Source: Octopus bimaculoides (lineage: Eukaryota). From it: a DNA stretch of 33,491 nucleotides. The translations under genes were made by a program, and so were the position numbers. The stretch spans positions 144,560,160 through 144,593,650 of the forward strand of contig NC_068981.1 of the NCBI RefSeq assembly GCF_001194135.2, in the 5' to 3' direction. Shown in pieces: positions 22,309 to 33,251 of the stretch (within the stretch, counting starts at the first letter, position 1; each line of letters opens with the position of its first letter). The notes below the pieces were generated by a model. The model was not told where the DNA came from and made no database searches. It saw only the letters and a list, made by a program, of their open reading frames with translations.

Positions 22309-22351
22309 GTCGATGAAGAGGTCACAGATGTGTGACGAAAGATTTCCAGAC
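22309..22351 (+). ncRNA. Degenerate minimal type-I hammerhead ribozyme motif
   Basis: gtcg ATGAAGA G GTCACA gatg TGTGAC GAAA GATTT C cagac. C3 is mutated to A and one C of stem II is lost; GAAA is intact. Confidence 0.65.
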
Positions 22352-22559
22352 AATGGACATAAGATAAAATAAGTACCTTAATAAACGAGTGAAGAATGAA
22401 TATATAGTGCGTGTTTAGGTGGCAAGAAAACAATGACCGTCCCGATATATAGCAATACGGTATTTTTTTTAAAGTAAAGAATATGCAATTCGCAGTACTT
22501 TTGGTACACTAAAGCTGGAAAGATGTCAGGGTCTGTGTCACTAACTCCTTACCTTTAGA

Positions 22560-22636
22560 GTCGAACCATTTCAGCCATTCGACTTGTACCCTCCCCCAAA
22601 ATTTCAGGCCTTGTACCTATAGTAGAAAGGATTATT
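22560..22636 (+). mobile_element. Family A SINE 3' fragment
   Basis: cccccaaaatttcaggccttgtacctatagtagaaaggattatt. Confidence 0.8.
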
Positions 22637-22731
22637 TGTGCCCACTAGAGCAGCAACCTCACGAAATACTGTGACTGTTACGCTTGACAACTTTCTGAGT
22701 TCACATCCTTATAGAGGTCTAATTTTTTAGT

Positions 22732-23113
22732 GGAGGCGCAATGGCCCAGTGGTTAGGGCAGCGGATTCGCGGTCATAGGATCGCGGTTTCGATTCCCAGA
22801 CAGGGTGTTGTGAGTGTTTATTGAGCGAAAACACCTAGAGCTCCACGTGTCGTCAGGGGATGGTGGCGAACCCTGCTGTACTCTTTCGCCACAACTTTCT
22901 CTCACTCTTTCTTCCTGTTTCTGTTGTGCCTGTATTTCAAAGGGCCAGCCTTGTCACACTGTGTCACGCTGAATATCCCCGAGAACTACGTTAAGGGTAC
23001 ACGTGTCTGTGGAGTGCTCAGCCACTTGCACGTTAATTTCACGGGAAGGCTGTTCCGCTGATCGGATCAACTGGAACCCTCGACGTCGTAAGCGACAGAG
23101 TGCCAACAACAAC
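22732..23113 (+). mobile_element. Full-length tRNA-derived SINE (family C) with (CAA)n tail and 13-bp target-site duplication
   Basis: A box tggcccagtgg, B box ggtttcgattccc, tail ccaacaacaac. AGAGGTCTAATTT occurs at 22713-22725 and 23114-23126. Confidence 0.92.
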
Positions 23114-23769
23114 AGAGGTCTAATTTGAATTTCCCCTATCTGGATATAAAATAAATATCGGCCACGTACTGCGGTCATTTTCACTGATTGTACACCTTTC
23201 TTAAATTGTTGACTTTCTGCCAAATTCAGAAACCAGTTTTATTTTGCATATAAGCCACTATAAATCAGAACTAACATTGCGTTAATCCGTGTGAGTAGTG
23301 AAAGGATATTAGTAATAAGGTCTGTAATTCGGTGTGCCACATGTGGTATATAATGAATGATATTCAATGAAGTGAGCTTATATCAACTACAAAGTATAAT
23401 GATCACAGATGATTACAATTGATTAGTTTTGCAAAATATCGAACACAGTTCCCTTCCAAAATTTCATACTTTCTCTCATTCATTAACTCTTTCTTATCTT
23501 CTACAGTATTACTGCTGCTAGTAGAGAGAAAAAGGGAGGAAGAGGTGAGAAGGCTGCAGGAAATGTACGATGGAAGTAATATATGCAGACTAAACATATA
23601 AACAAATGCAATTCAAATAACAATAGGTCTTTGTTCGGGCTCTTGCTTCTAGCAGAGATTAGCCAAATAACGGTTCCATACGAACACCAGCAACACACGA
23701 AGCTAATGATAATCATCTCCACTACCACGACAGGGATGCTCACCCTCATACGATAAGCATTACCCCCAA

Positions 23770-23870
23770 CAACTCTAATTACTACTATTACTACTACCAC
23801 CCAAATCACAAACACCACCACCACCACCACCACCACCACCACCATCACCACTACTACTACTACTACTAGA
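23770..23870 (+). repeat. Compound (TAC)/(CAC) trinucleotide repeat
   Basis: Seen directly. Confidence 0.92.
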
Positions 23871-24805
23871 GCTGGTTCTGCATTCAAACATTCAGCTCCT
23901 CAGCGTGCAGACATATTTCGCAACACCTGAGCCGGTAACTAGATCTGCGATTAATCACATGTAACGCCACCGTACACAATGAGGTTATCGTATTTCTCCT
24001 CTTACCCTCTCCTTCCATACCCTGCACCATATAGAAACAAGAACTTACTTCAGTGCGCACACACCACACACGTACATACACATATATACCTGCACAAACA
24101 TGCAAGCCAAGCATACATACATAAACACTCACCACACACTCACGCACTCCTCTACTCGCTTAACCTCACTGAACTAATTCCATCATTTCCCCTTTGAATT
24201 TTCTTCATAAGTTCAGCTGCCAAAGACAATTCCATTTATTTCTATTATCCTATCGCGAACGTCTTTAGCACATAACCGACATTTACATTTGCTTCTAAAT
24301 CTCAAAGATTTATATGTATATTTATCTTACATACTGAAGTCTGCTTTACGATCCATTACGCTTTCAGTTTATTTATCAATTAACTATACGTGAATATAGC
24401 TTTGTTCGCATTTCTTTAGTATAGCCGGAACAAATATTCTTTTCTATTGTTGTTTGTTTTACGTGTTCCGCTTCTGCTACTTTTAGCCACTCCATAATTC
24501 AATTCCATTTTATTCTTATTCAATCACAGCTGCTTTTGAATTTTAATCGTCCACATCTGCTCAACAGTTAACCTTTCCTTCACTAACCCTCCGCCTGATT
24601 TTCACGTTCCCCTTATTTTTCTAACTTTTAGCCAAAAATCTCTTCCCTATCTGTAACAACCAACCAGCAACTGAGCATCACAGAAAATATGTGACTTCTA
24701 CAGCTGTAGTGAAGGCAACTAGGAGCTCTGCACTCTCTCAGAAAATACTAATTCCTAATAAAATGCAGACAGGGCAGTAAATCCAGTAACTTGACCACAC
24801 TGATT

Positions 24806-24891
24806 NNNNNNNNNNNNNNNNNNNNNNNNNNNNNNNNNNNNNNNNNNNNNNNNNNNNNNNNNNNNNNNNNNNNNNNNNNNNNNNNNNNNNN
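24806..24891. other. Assembly gap followed by poly-G
   Basis: Ns. Confidence 1.
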
Positions 24892-24949
24892 GGGGGGGGG
24901 GTGAAAGAGATATGCACCAACGAATTTAATACCACTTCTTCGTCCATAT

Positions 24950-25270
24950 TTATCTTAGTGGAGTTAACTCTGTTCTGACCATTTGTACCACATATTCAGC
25001 AGAATTAGGAAATTAGGACATCAATGTCTAAATTTTCGATCCACAACGCATATAATTTTTCTACGGGTAGTGCCACTATTCATCATAACGTGCAAATGAA
25101 GAGAAGGTTTCTCAACGAAGAACCCTTGCAAGATACTACAAGGGTCCGGTTACATGAGTGCAGCTTAAATGGCAATGAGGCGGGCATCGTTTTCACAGGT
25201 GTTCTCAGTGGAAAATTTTCATCTAACAACACCATCCGAATTTACCTGTGGTTGGTGTCGGTGACGTCTT
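24950..25270 (-). mobile_element. Degraded APE (apurinic-like) endonuclease fragment of a LINE
   Basis: SDGVVR*KFSTENTCENDARLIAI*...ILQGFFVEKPSLHLHVMMNSGTTRRKIICVVDRKFRH resembles GVVG.FG.G..NENG.RL...C....L.I.N.FF.H...H.YTW....G.T...ID.ILV.RK.R. Confidence 0.55.
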
Positions 25271-25320
25271 GCATCAACTCATTAAAACGAGAAAAAGAGA
25301 GAAAGGGAGCGAGAGAAGGA

Positions 25321-25700
25321 AAGAAACAATAGACGACGACAGGTGGTGTAGAAAACAAACAGATGAATTAATATAACGCTCGGGCATTGAGAAAGTCTGT
25401 AACGTTTCGAGCCTACACTCTTCCACAGAAAGGAACACAGAAAGAAACAAGGAGAGAAATAGGAGAGAAAAATTGTGTGCAGTGGTTAGCGATCTATCAT
25501 GGCGAATGGGTAGGATGGTTGTAGCAGAGCGGATAGTGGGGTGGAAATGGAGGCGGAAATTTTTAGGGATGAGGCGGTAATGTAAGCAGCGACTGAGAAA
25601 CGAAATGTGGTTAGAGAAACGGGTTATTTTTAATATGATTAATGAAAGTTTAATGGAAGGTTGAAATCATTGGAAAGGAAGTGTGCGGAGGTGTTGTTTT
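25321..25700 (-). mobile_element. Penelope-like fragment: ORF N-terminal-like segment followed by a terminal-repeat region with a hammerhead motif
   Basis: 25538-25630 minus translates KITRFSNHISFLSRCLHYRLIPKNFRLHFHP (PLE N-terminal R...H..FL..C....LIPKG-like). Hammerhead-like motif at 25397-25431; homologous fragment at 819-917. Confidence 0.6.
25397..25431 (-). ncRNA. Degenerate minimal type-I hammerhead ribozyme motif (second family)
   Basis: ttt CTGTGGA a GAGT gtag GCTC GAAA CG TT acag. A6 is mutated; stem II has 4 bp including one G.U pair; stem III is the palindrome ACGT. Confidence 0.55.
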
Positions 25701-26003
25701 AGGCCGTTGTGAAGATTGAGGAGGAAAGATTTGTAGTCTGGCATGATAGTACGAGAAAAAAAAAACGTGGGGAGGAAATTAAACGTGGGAAAGAAATAAT
25801 CAAAAGGTATGGGGAGGAAGAAGCAAAGACGTGAGGAGAAAAAAATGAAAAAGGCGTGAGGAAAGGAAAATATATGCGAGGTGGGAGAAGAAAATCAAAA
25901 CAGATATATATATATATATATAAGATTTTATAGTTTGCTTGAAGCATTGTATATGGAATATAATGCTGAAAGATTTAAAAGGCCAAACAATACAAATAGA
26001 TTT

Positions 26004-26272
26004 TAAGATGAGGTAACGTAAACTAAAAGTAAGTTACCTGGTAATCTTTGGTCTTATATGTATCCAATATTTCGGGACATACAATTCCCTTCTTCAGGAC
26101 TAAAAAGTAACTGTCCTTGGTAAGATGTTTTTTAACGGAGATAAAATAATTCTTTGATTATATTTGAATTTTCTAGAGTTTCTCTTCGTGAATGTTAGTG
26201 ACGTCAGTTATTAACTAATCGCTCCAGGTAACTTACTTTACATCACCTCTTAGTTTATGTCACCTCATCTTA
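26004..26272 (-). mobile_element. Inverted-repeat-bounded Penelope-like terminal-repeat unit carrying a hammerhead, between two (TA)n runs
   Basis: 26004-26041 is the reverse complement of 26224-26272 with 2 mismatches and an 11-nt indel. (TA)n at ~25905-25922 and ~26272-26292. Confidence 0.7.
26062..26100 (-). ncRNA. Near-intact minimal type-I hammerhead ribozyme motif (third family)
   Basis: gtc CTGAAGA a GGGA attgtatg TCCC GAAA TA T T ggat. Full CUGANGA, perfect 4-bp stem II, GAAA, palindromic ATAT stem III, UU at 16.1/17; stem I is short. Confidence 0.75.
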
Positions 26273-26299
26273 ATATATATATATATATATATACATGGC

Positions 26300-26455
26300 T
26301 AGCTCCCATACAGATTCCTTCTCACGAGTTTCATTGACGACTGATTTCTCAGCTCATTTTTGTAGAAGTCTTTTACTTAGATAACTACCAAGGAGGATAG
26401 AACCGGGAATCAGGAGATTTCGAAATGGACCTCTCAATCGCACATTCATTGCCTG
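26300..26455 (-). mobile_element. Very degenerate family D-like SINE head
   Basis: ttttgtagaagtcttttacttag...ggatagaaccgggaatc resembles ctatagtagaagacacttgcccaagg...gggactgaacccggaacc. Confidence 0.4.
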
Positions 26456-28567
26456 ACTTACTACCTTGCAATGTTTAGTTGTGTACACGATGCAACTTCT
26501 TTTCCTGTTTACACCAACATAACATTAATATATCATCATTCATTTAGAAAGTTCCGAAGATGACAGTTTTATATTTAATTTCGTAAAATTCTGTCTTCAT
26601 TCTTGCATAAGAACAATTCACTTACTGAAGGATCTGTGGTTTTATAATTCCTATGTTCTTCACAAAAACGATAGTTTAACACATGATATTTTAATCATTC
26701 TGATTTAACTATATCATGTTCAAAATAATTCAAGATATTGACAAGTGTGAAAAATGTTCAACTTAATTTGACATCGCCTTTGCAATGAAAATCTAAAGAA
26801 ATTAATCTTTCAGCTTTTCATTAATACTTCAAAATGTTATTGATGCAGATAACAAAGCGATGGATGGTAGAGCTGGTAAAACAGTAGATAAAATTCCTTC
26901 TAATATACAGTTACGTCATCTGCGTTCTGAGTTCAAATCCATACAGAAACCATATATAACTCACAGGAATTACAAAAGTCGACTTCAGAAACTATTCTTC
27001 TCTGCCTGCACAAACGTGCGTAAAATCTGTGTTTGTGCAACTATGTTGTTAATCCTTATTACGCTGATACAGACAACGGAAAGAATTGCTTCAGTGGGGA
27101 AATATCAAGAAATGAGAGAAAGAAAAGCTTGATAGAAAACGAAGCGAAAAATGAACAAATGGATGCAAAGAAAAATATCTATTTGTAAATAAGATATTTC
27201 GCAAGACACACAAATCCAAAGAGCTTCAGAGATAAATCATGATTTATTGATTCCGATAAGAACTTGATGAATATTAAGTTCTATCAAAGAGTAAAGATAA
27301 GTATTATGTAAGGTAATGAATGATGCGTGATTGGATGAGAAGAATTAGCAATGATCTTCATAATCAAATCAGCAAACAGAGGACAAACTACATTATGGTA
27401 AATAACTACTAACCCGATCCTCCGATTGTAGTTGCTGTATATCATGTATGAGTGGTTATATCTGCATATGTCTATACAGTACTCTATTGGCCAGCCATTT
27501 GGCTTGATCGTTTTTTTGTTTTTTTCTTAATATGGGAAGAAGTCTCTAATCCAAATTATATTTTTAATTAAAAGTGTCTTATTCTGATTATTTTTCATGT
27601 TCTTAATTTCTTTAGAAGAAAAAATTAAACACACTATACAGTTTTCTCTTTTTTGGAATGGCAATTTATTTTGTATGTGAGACCAGAGATTTGAGAAAAT
27701 GAATATTTTCCTCGAAGTGGGGTCGGAGTGAAAGTTGGTTTCAATGGCTTTAGGATATATTTTTGGATGCCAAGCACGAAGGCTGTTCTTTATGTGAGAA
27801 ATGAACGTTGGATTTGAGATACGTTTAATTAAAACACAATAATGTAAAACTTCTACTACTCGCTTTCTTGAGGGCAAATATAGTTGCTTGATGGTTATCT
27901 CGTACGGAAGACATCTCGCAGTTTTCAGGGGACTAAATGATTGCCAAAGAAAGTTATCTCCGGTTTAATGATTTGCCTTTGAAGATCAAAGAAAACTGAA
28001 CAATTATAATGCAAGGCGAAAAGCTAATTTTAGTGCAGGCGTGAAAAGCTAATTTTTAAGGTAGAATACACATTAATTATGATTAATTGAAGGCATTAAT
28101 AAGCTCCACAACGGATACCTATAGGTTGCTTTTACAGTAGCTAACATTTGACACTGAACTCTGTTTAAGGAAAATATAGTAATATATCAGGTGTGTGGAA
28201 CCTACCCATAGGTTCAGATACATGTGAGTTATTTTCCACTCGAAGACCCCAAGCGAGAAGCTAGTACCACGAAGTTAACTGAGGCGAGGAGTGATCTGAG
28301 TGAAAATGTCTATAATACCACCATAATTAGCCTTCTGGAAGAGGTGGAATATGGGGTTTCGGAAGGCCCATGCATATTACTAAAAATAAAAGATCCTGAA
28401 AAGTTAGTTGGGTTGTGATAGGGTTGAAAATAATGATTCAGGTGAAACCTGAGACACTGGACAAATTCCCTAACTTCGCAGAGATCTCAGGAAGGCAGCA
28501 ACAGCAGGTGGTAGTGAAAGACAGAAGGCCTGGATGCCAGAATTGTTGAAACACTAATCAGTTCAAC

Positions 28568-28910
28568 TGCATAGTGCCAAAGACTGCCATCAAGATGTAG
28601 GACAAGATACTGCAATAGTCTGGGCTTCAGAGGTCCACAGCTTTTCAATAACCTCCCGAAACACCTGAGAGATCTGCATGGGGTGGATGTAGGTATCTTC
28701 AAAATAAAGCTGGACCTCTTACTGCCAAGTGCCCTAGATGAACCAACTTCGCGGCAGGAGGTGCAGATGAGGGCAGCAGCATCAAACTCCCTCATGCACC
28801 AAATGTCAATTCCTAAAAAGCATTCGTTATGTAAAATTATGCAGCAACACCAAATGGCGGTGCCCCAGAATGGCTACAGCTTCTGAGCTGAAACTATATA
28901 CAAAAAAAAA
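28568..28910 (+). mobile_element. CR1-clade LINE 3' end with A-rich tail
   Basis: LPSRCRTRYCNSLGFRGPQLFNNLPKHLRDLHGVDVGIFKIKLDLLLPSALDEPTSRQEVQMRAAASNSLMHQ matches the CR1-like C-terminus (S..FRGP.LFN.LP..LR......V..FK.KLD..L..VPDEP.....RAA.SNSL..Q). Poly-A at 28902-28910. Confidence 0.88.
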
Positions 28911-29020
28911 TTGGATATCATTCTTATTGTTTTAAGTGTGTACTCGTAGTTTTTGTGTAAAATACCTACTGTCGATGTCTTTATTATCCCTCATATATCG
29001 ACCCTAGTGGCCAATAAATG

Positions 29021-29050
29021 AAATTATTATTATTATCATTATTGTTGTTG

Positions 29051-29099
<49 letters not shown>

Positions 29100-29103
29100 C
29101 ATG

Positions 29104-29187
<84 letters not shown>
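29021..29187 (+). repeat. (ATT)n microsatellite with GTT/ATC interruptions
   Basis: Seen directly. Confidence 0.98.
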
Positions 29188-29189
<2 letters not shown>

Positions 29190-29398
29190 GACAACGTGCT
29201 GGCAGAATCGTTAGCACGCCGGGTGAAATGCTTAGCGGTATTTCGTCTGCCGTTATGTCCTGAGTTCAAATTCCGCCGAGGTCGACTTTCCCTTTCTTCC
29301 ATTCGAGGTTGATTACATAAGTACCAGTTATGCAGTGGGGTCGATGTAATCGACTTACCCCCTCCTCGCAAATTTGAGGCCTTGCGCCTATAATAGAG

Positions 29399-29451
<53 letters not shown>

Positions 29452-29464
29452 CATTATTATTATT
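29188..29464 (+). mobile_element. Family A SINE with long (ATT)n tail
   Basis: ctggcagaatcgttagcacgccgggtgaaatgcttagcggtatttcg...gagttcaaattccgccgaggtcgac...ggccttgcgcctataatagagattattatt. Confidence 0.92.
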
Positions 29465-29465
29465 A

Positions 29466-29890
29466 AGTGAGAGGGCAGTGCATGCCATCAATGTGAACCT
29501 GGGGCAAAATACACGAAGCCCAACATACCCATCATGACTGCTCGTCTAACAAGCGCACACCAGGCACATGCATCACAATCATATGTGCGTGACATGGTGA
29601 TCTCATATCAAGATAAACAGCGCACAACCTTGCAGGTGGGGTCCAGGCTAGAATTTTCCTCAGGTCGAGTAGCCCATCCCACTCAAAAGGTCCCTGAATA
29701 AGGGTTGTTTACGAGTGTTCAACGAAACACCAATGTTTCCAGTGGTGAATTATTCAAACCCCAAAGTCTTCCTCTCAGCACATGGCTACGCTGCTCTACC
29801 ACCACTTCTGACCGTGATCAGAGATGCACGTGTCGTCAGCCACCAAGGGACATGCTCAACCAGCCAAGGTCAAACAACTGACAAGCGAAC
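29466..29890. repeat. Second, truncated copy of unclassified family B element
   Basis: Colinear with 3708-~4130; ends where a family A SINE fragment begins. Confidence 0.9.
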
Positions 29891-30135
29891 CTTTTGCTAC
29901 GTTCTGAGTTCAAATTCCGCTGAGGTCAACTTTGCCTTTCATCCTTTCGGGGTCCACAAATTAAGTACCAGTCGATGTAATTGACTTGCCCCTTAAACCC
30001 AAAATTTCAGGCATTATGCTTACAATAGAAAGGATTATTATTACTATTATTATTGCTATCATCATCATCATCATTGGTTGTTGCAGTAGTAGTGGTAGTG
30101 GTGGTGGTAATAGTAGTAGTAGTAGTAGTAGCAGG
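29891..30135 (+). mobile_element. 5'-truncated family A SINE with degenerate ATT/ATC/AGT tail
   Basis: gctacgttctgagttcaaattccgctgaggtcaactttgcctttcatcctttcgggg...aaaatttcaggcattatgcttacaatagaaaggattattatt. Confidence 0.9.
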
Positions 30136-32920
30136 GATTTCAATTTTTAAAAATAGTTTATTTTTAACGACTTATACACCGAAACTATAAACTATTTGCT
30201 TCTGCCATAAATATTCCTTGATATAAGAGAAACAGAAACAAAGAAAGGAAAATTAGATAAGTTTATTATAAGCGATTTCTCCCTAAGAGTATCAACATAA
30301 AATCGTTATGAATTTAGAATACACATTTTTTCTTTTCTAGTTCGTTCTCCATTATTCTTAATGCTAAATGTAACAACAATAACGAAAATGAAACAAAGGC
30401 ATTTATTATTCATGACGTAAAAGGATGCAAAGGACAATTAATTAATTTTTTCTTTTTTTTTCTTTTGTTAGCTTAATAAGAGAGAATATATAAAAAAAAA
30501 CAAATGATAACCAAATGCACGAAGAAATAAAAACCACTATATATTTATTTTAAAGCTTTATTCAATCTAAAGATTTTTCCGAAATCATGGAAGAGGGCTG
30601 CTCAGCATTTTCTTAGATGAAGTCTTTTTTGTTTCCTTAATAGACAATCTTGCCTTGTATTTGATAAAAATCTAAATCAATATGTCTGAGATGAATTGCG
30701 TATCATTATTTTTTATCTGTTGCATATGTAATTTTATTTTTCATTCTTCGTTGTGGGTGTATTTTTCATATGAGAGGAAATGATATTTTCTTTAGATAAT
30801 ATTGTCTTAATGTTTATTCATTTAAAGAACAATTGGTACTTATGGGTATTTATTTTATAGTTTTTTGTGATTATGTAAGATTTTGTAGTAGAGCGTAAAA
30901 AACATATAACTAAATATTCATTTGGATTTATAATAAAATAAAGAAAAAAAATTATAACCCAGAAAATATTCATATTCAAAAAAAAAATGTATTGTATTTT
31001 GGTAGTAAATAATGATTCATTTTAATGGTGCGAGGAAACAGGTTTTCAATTCATGGGTATAACCAAATTAGACGAACATACTATACACAGTGTGCTCGAT
31101 TCAATATTAGTCTGCAACATAGACATGAATGTAATTTTATCCAGTTTGGCTATTTTGGCAATAAATCATTTGATATAGAAGTACAATCCGTCAGCTGCAG
31201 TGGATGTGTGTGATATTTATGATTTCGCGTTTGTGACAAAGGTTTGACAGGGTAAGAGAAGTGGTGTCAACAAAATATCAGACAATTTCGGAATAGTTCA
31301 CAATAAGATTATATCAGCATCACAGCGATCCAAGTCTGATATTTAGATTTCTATTACTAAATGCGATACAAAAAGAGATTGATTAAATTTTGTTCGGTAA
31401 AATACAGTCTCGGTAGATACCGAGATTTATGTCCATTCTTCTAGAATACATCATAGCACAGATGACATCATACATTACCTATTGCTATTTGGTCCAGTCA
31501 TCATTGATTGCTCAGATCAGTGATCAACTGCATTTAGGTGGGGAACATCTAGTCCATTTCTTCGATGTAAAACTATACTTTGCAATGTATTTGTTAAATT
31601 TTAACGAGAGGGATGTGATTGAGGGAGTTATGTTTGCTATTTCTTGAAGACAGAGCGATTGCGTTGAAAATATCTCATTAACTGGCAAATCTGGCTTTTA
31701 GAACCTTTGACTGATTAATAAACTAATTAATTTATTGTTTTCTTTTCCTGTAATGTCAACTTCCATCTGAAGAAAGAGAGGCTGAAGATTTGGTATTATG
31801 ACTTAAAGCTTATCTGTGGTTTTACATTTATGAGCTAATACCTTGAATTCCCTCAACATAAATCAGGTTTAATATTGCCACAATGCACTACTTCGAGCAA
31901 TTCAAGGTCATATAGACACTCATCATTAAGAACAGTCGACTCCAAACCATTGGTCTTTCTCGTATATTAACCAGTACGAACGGCTTTTAGAAATTCAGAC
32001 CTGCTGACAACCTATTTCTCTATCAGACACACTGGTAGAGAATCGCTACTCGAAAACGTAATTAAAACACTCTCGACCATCAAAGTTTTCGGCCGTGCCT
32101 CGCATGCAAGTTTCCAGTTAAAACAGCTCTTTTATTGGTTACACTATCTTCTCTTCTCAGTTGATGGTTTCTTATGCGATTGTGCCTTCCAGCTCATGCT
32201 GAAGTTCTAACTGAGCTACAGTCTTTCAAGTCTGGGGATCTTCAAAGTTCTAGTTCACCCTTAAACTGTCTTCTATGTACAAGCAAACTTTTTGCCTTAG
32301 AACGTCTACTAAATGAGTAGCCCATTTATTTCATCTAAGCGGAGCTCTTAAAAGTACTTTATTAATTCGTTTCTTCAGCTTCCCTATTAATATTGACTTA
32401 AGGTGCATTAATAACGGTCTTGCTTCAAAATAGATTAACTTGTTATCTTATTTGAGAACATAGTTCTCTATGAAACTTCATAATACCCCAAATTCTCCTG
32501 CAGCTTCAGTGCCATCAATTAACGCTGAGCTATTAAGATCTTTAACACGCAAATGCTGATTATTTTCATTCAGCAGCAATGAGACTTATAACAAAATGAG
32601 CATTTGCAAGCTTTTCAATTCTTCAACATCTTTGTATTCTTACATTCCAGCTGAAAGAGAATTACTTTTTTTTTTATTCAAACACATTTTGTCAATAGCG
32701 GGACATTTGGATGATGCAAACGTCTATAACTCAACCCGTTTAGAACTATATACATAAATGTTTCTACCTATATCTAACATATTGATATAATAACCACGAT
32801 CATAGTTGCTTCCTGTTTATTCACTCATCAGAAATTTAGAATATTTTTCAGATACTGAATGGTAGCATTAAGCTTGGAAACAAATGGCTGATGATAATCT
32901 AATGATTTATAAAATGCTCG

Positions 32921-33160
32921 GGTGTATTTGTCTTTGTGCCCCACCATCGTTCGACAACCGGTGTTGGTTTGGTTATGTCCGCCTGAACTAGCAGTTCGGC
33001 AAAACAGACCGATAGAATAAATTCCAGGCTTTGCAAAGTTAGTACTGTAATGGGGTGGGGGATGTCAATTCGTTCGACTAAAATCCTTCAAGCCGGTGCC
33101 CCAGCATGATCGCAATCAAATGACTCAAACAAGTGAAAGATGAAAGATGCAAGATACATA
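32921..33160 (+). mobile_element. Family D SINE 3' half
   Basis: cagttcggcaaaacagaccgatagaataa...aattcgttcgactaaaatcc...ccccagcatg...aaacaagtgaaagatgaaag. Confidence 0.8.
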
Positions 33161-33224
33161 GATATAATTATATGAGTAGACAGACTGCTACGTAGATAAG
33201 TAGATAGAGAAAAGTGAGTGCGCA

Positions 33225-33251
33225 TGCGTCTGTGTGTATGTGTGTGTGTGT

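Larger units (their letters stand above)
21279..22455 (+). mobile_element. Penelope-like element remnant: inverted terminal-repeat copy + GIY-YIG endonuclease C-terminus + direct terminal repeat
   Basis: Arms ~21279-21515 and ~22215-22455 are diverged reverse complements. Between them 21628-21865 translates YFEETTHSIGELIGEHWQELKEEKSLSMFYQHAQLKHKG...EVKV...DTTLRQITGAT plus frameshifted LNRKHEW, resembling PLE motifs YIGET...ER..EH, H....H, LRQITEA and LN.K.EW. Confidence 0.82.

Noticed and set aside
21226-22433. ORFs of 61-128 aa sharing SYVHxLEIFxH..VTSS..LPSHV
   Set aside because: The shared peptide only reflects the two inverted arms read antisense to the hammerhead; it is not a gene family.
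22732-22805. tRNA gene
   Set aside because: A and B boxes are present, but it continues into a SINE body with a tail and TSD, and I found no complete cloverleaf.
27527-27877. 116-aa minus-strand ORF
   Set aside because: AT-rich Ile/Lys/Asn/Phe-biased composition, no motif and no convincing splice sites; compatible with chance.
28014-28058. Short direct repeat aggcg(tg)aaaagctaatttt x2
   Set aside because: A simple local duplication with no intervening element.
28224-28510. Upstream continuation of the CR1 RT (GVSEGP as GVPQG; LRRDL as LQ.DL)
   Set aside because: Similarity is too weak and the spacing would need large deletions; not included in the CR1 call.
32190-32650. Protein-like short frames (AHAEVLTELQSFKSGD on plus; SLLLNENNQHLRVKDLNSSALIDG on minus)
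   Set aside because: Under 50 codons, conflicting strands, weak donors and no recognised family.
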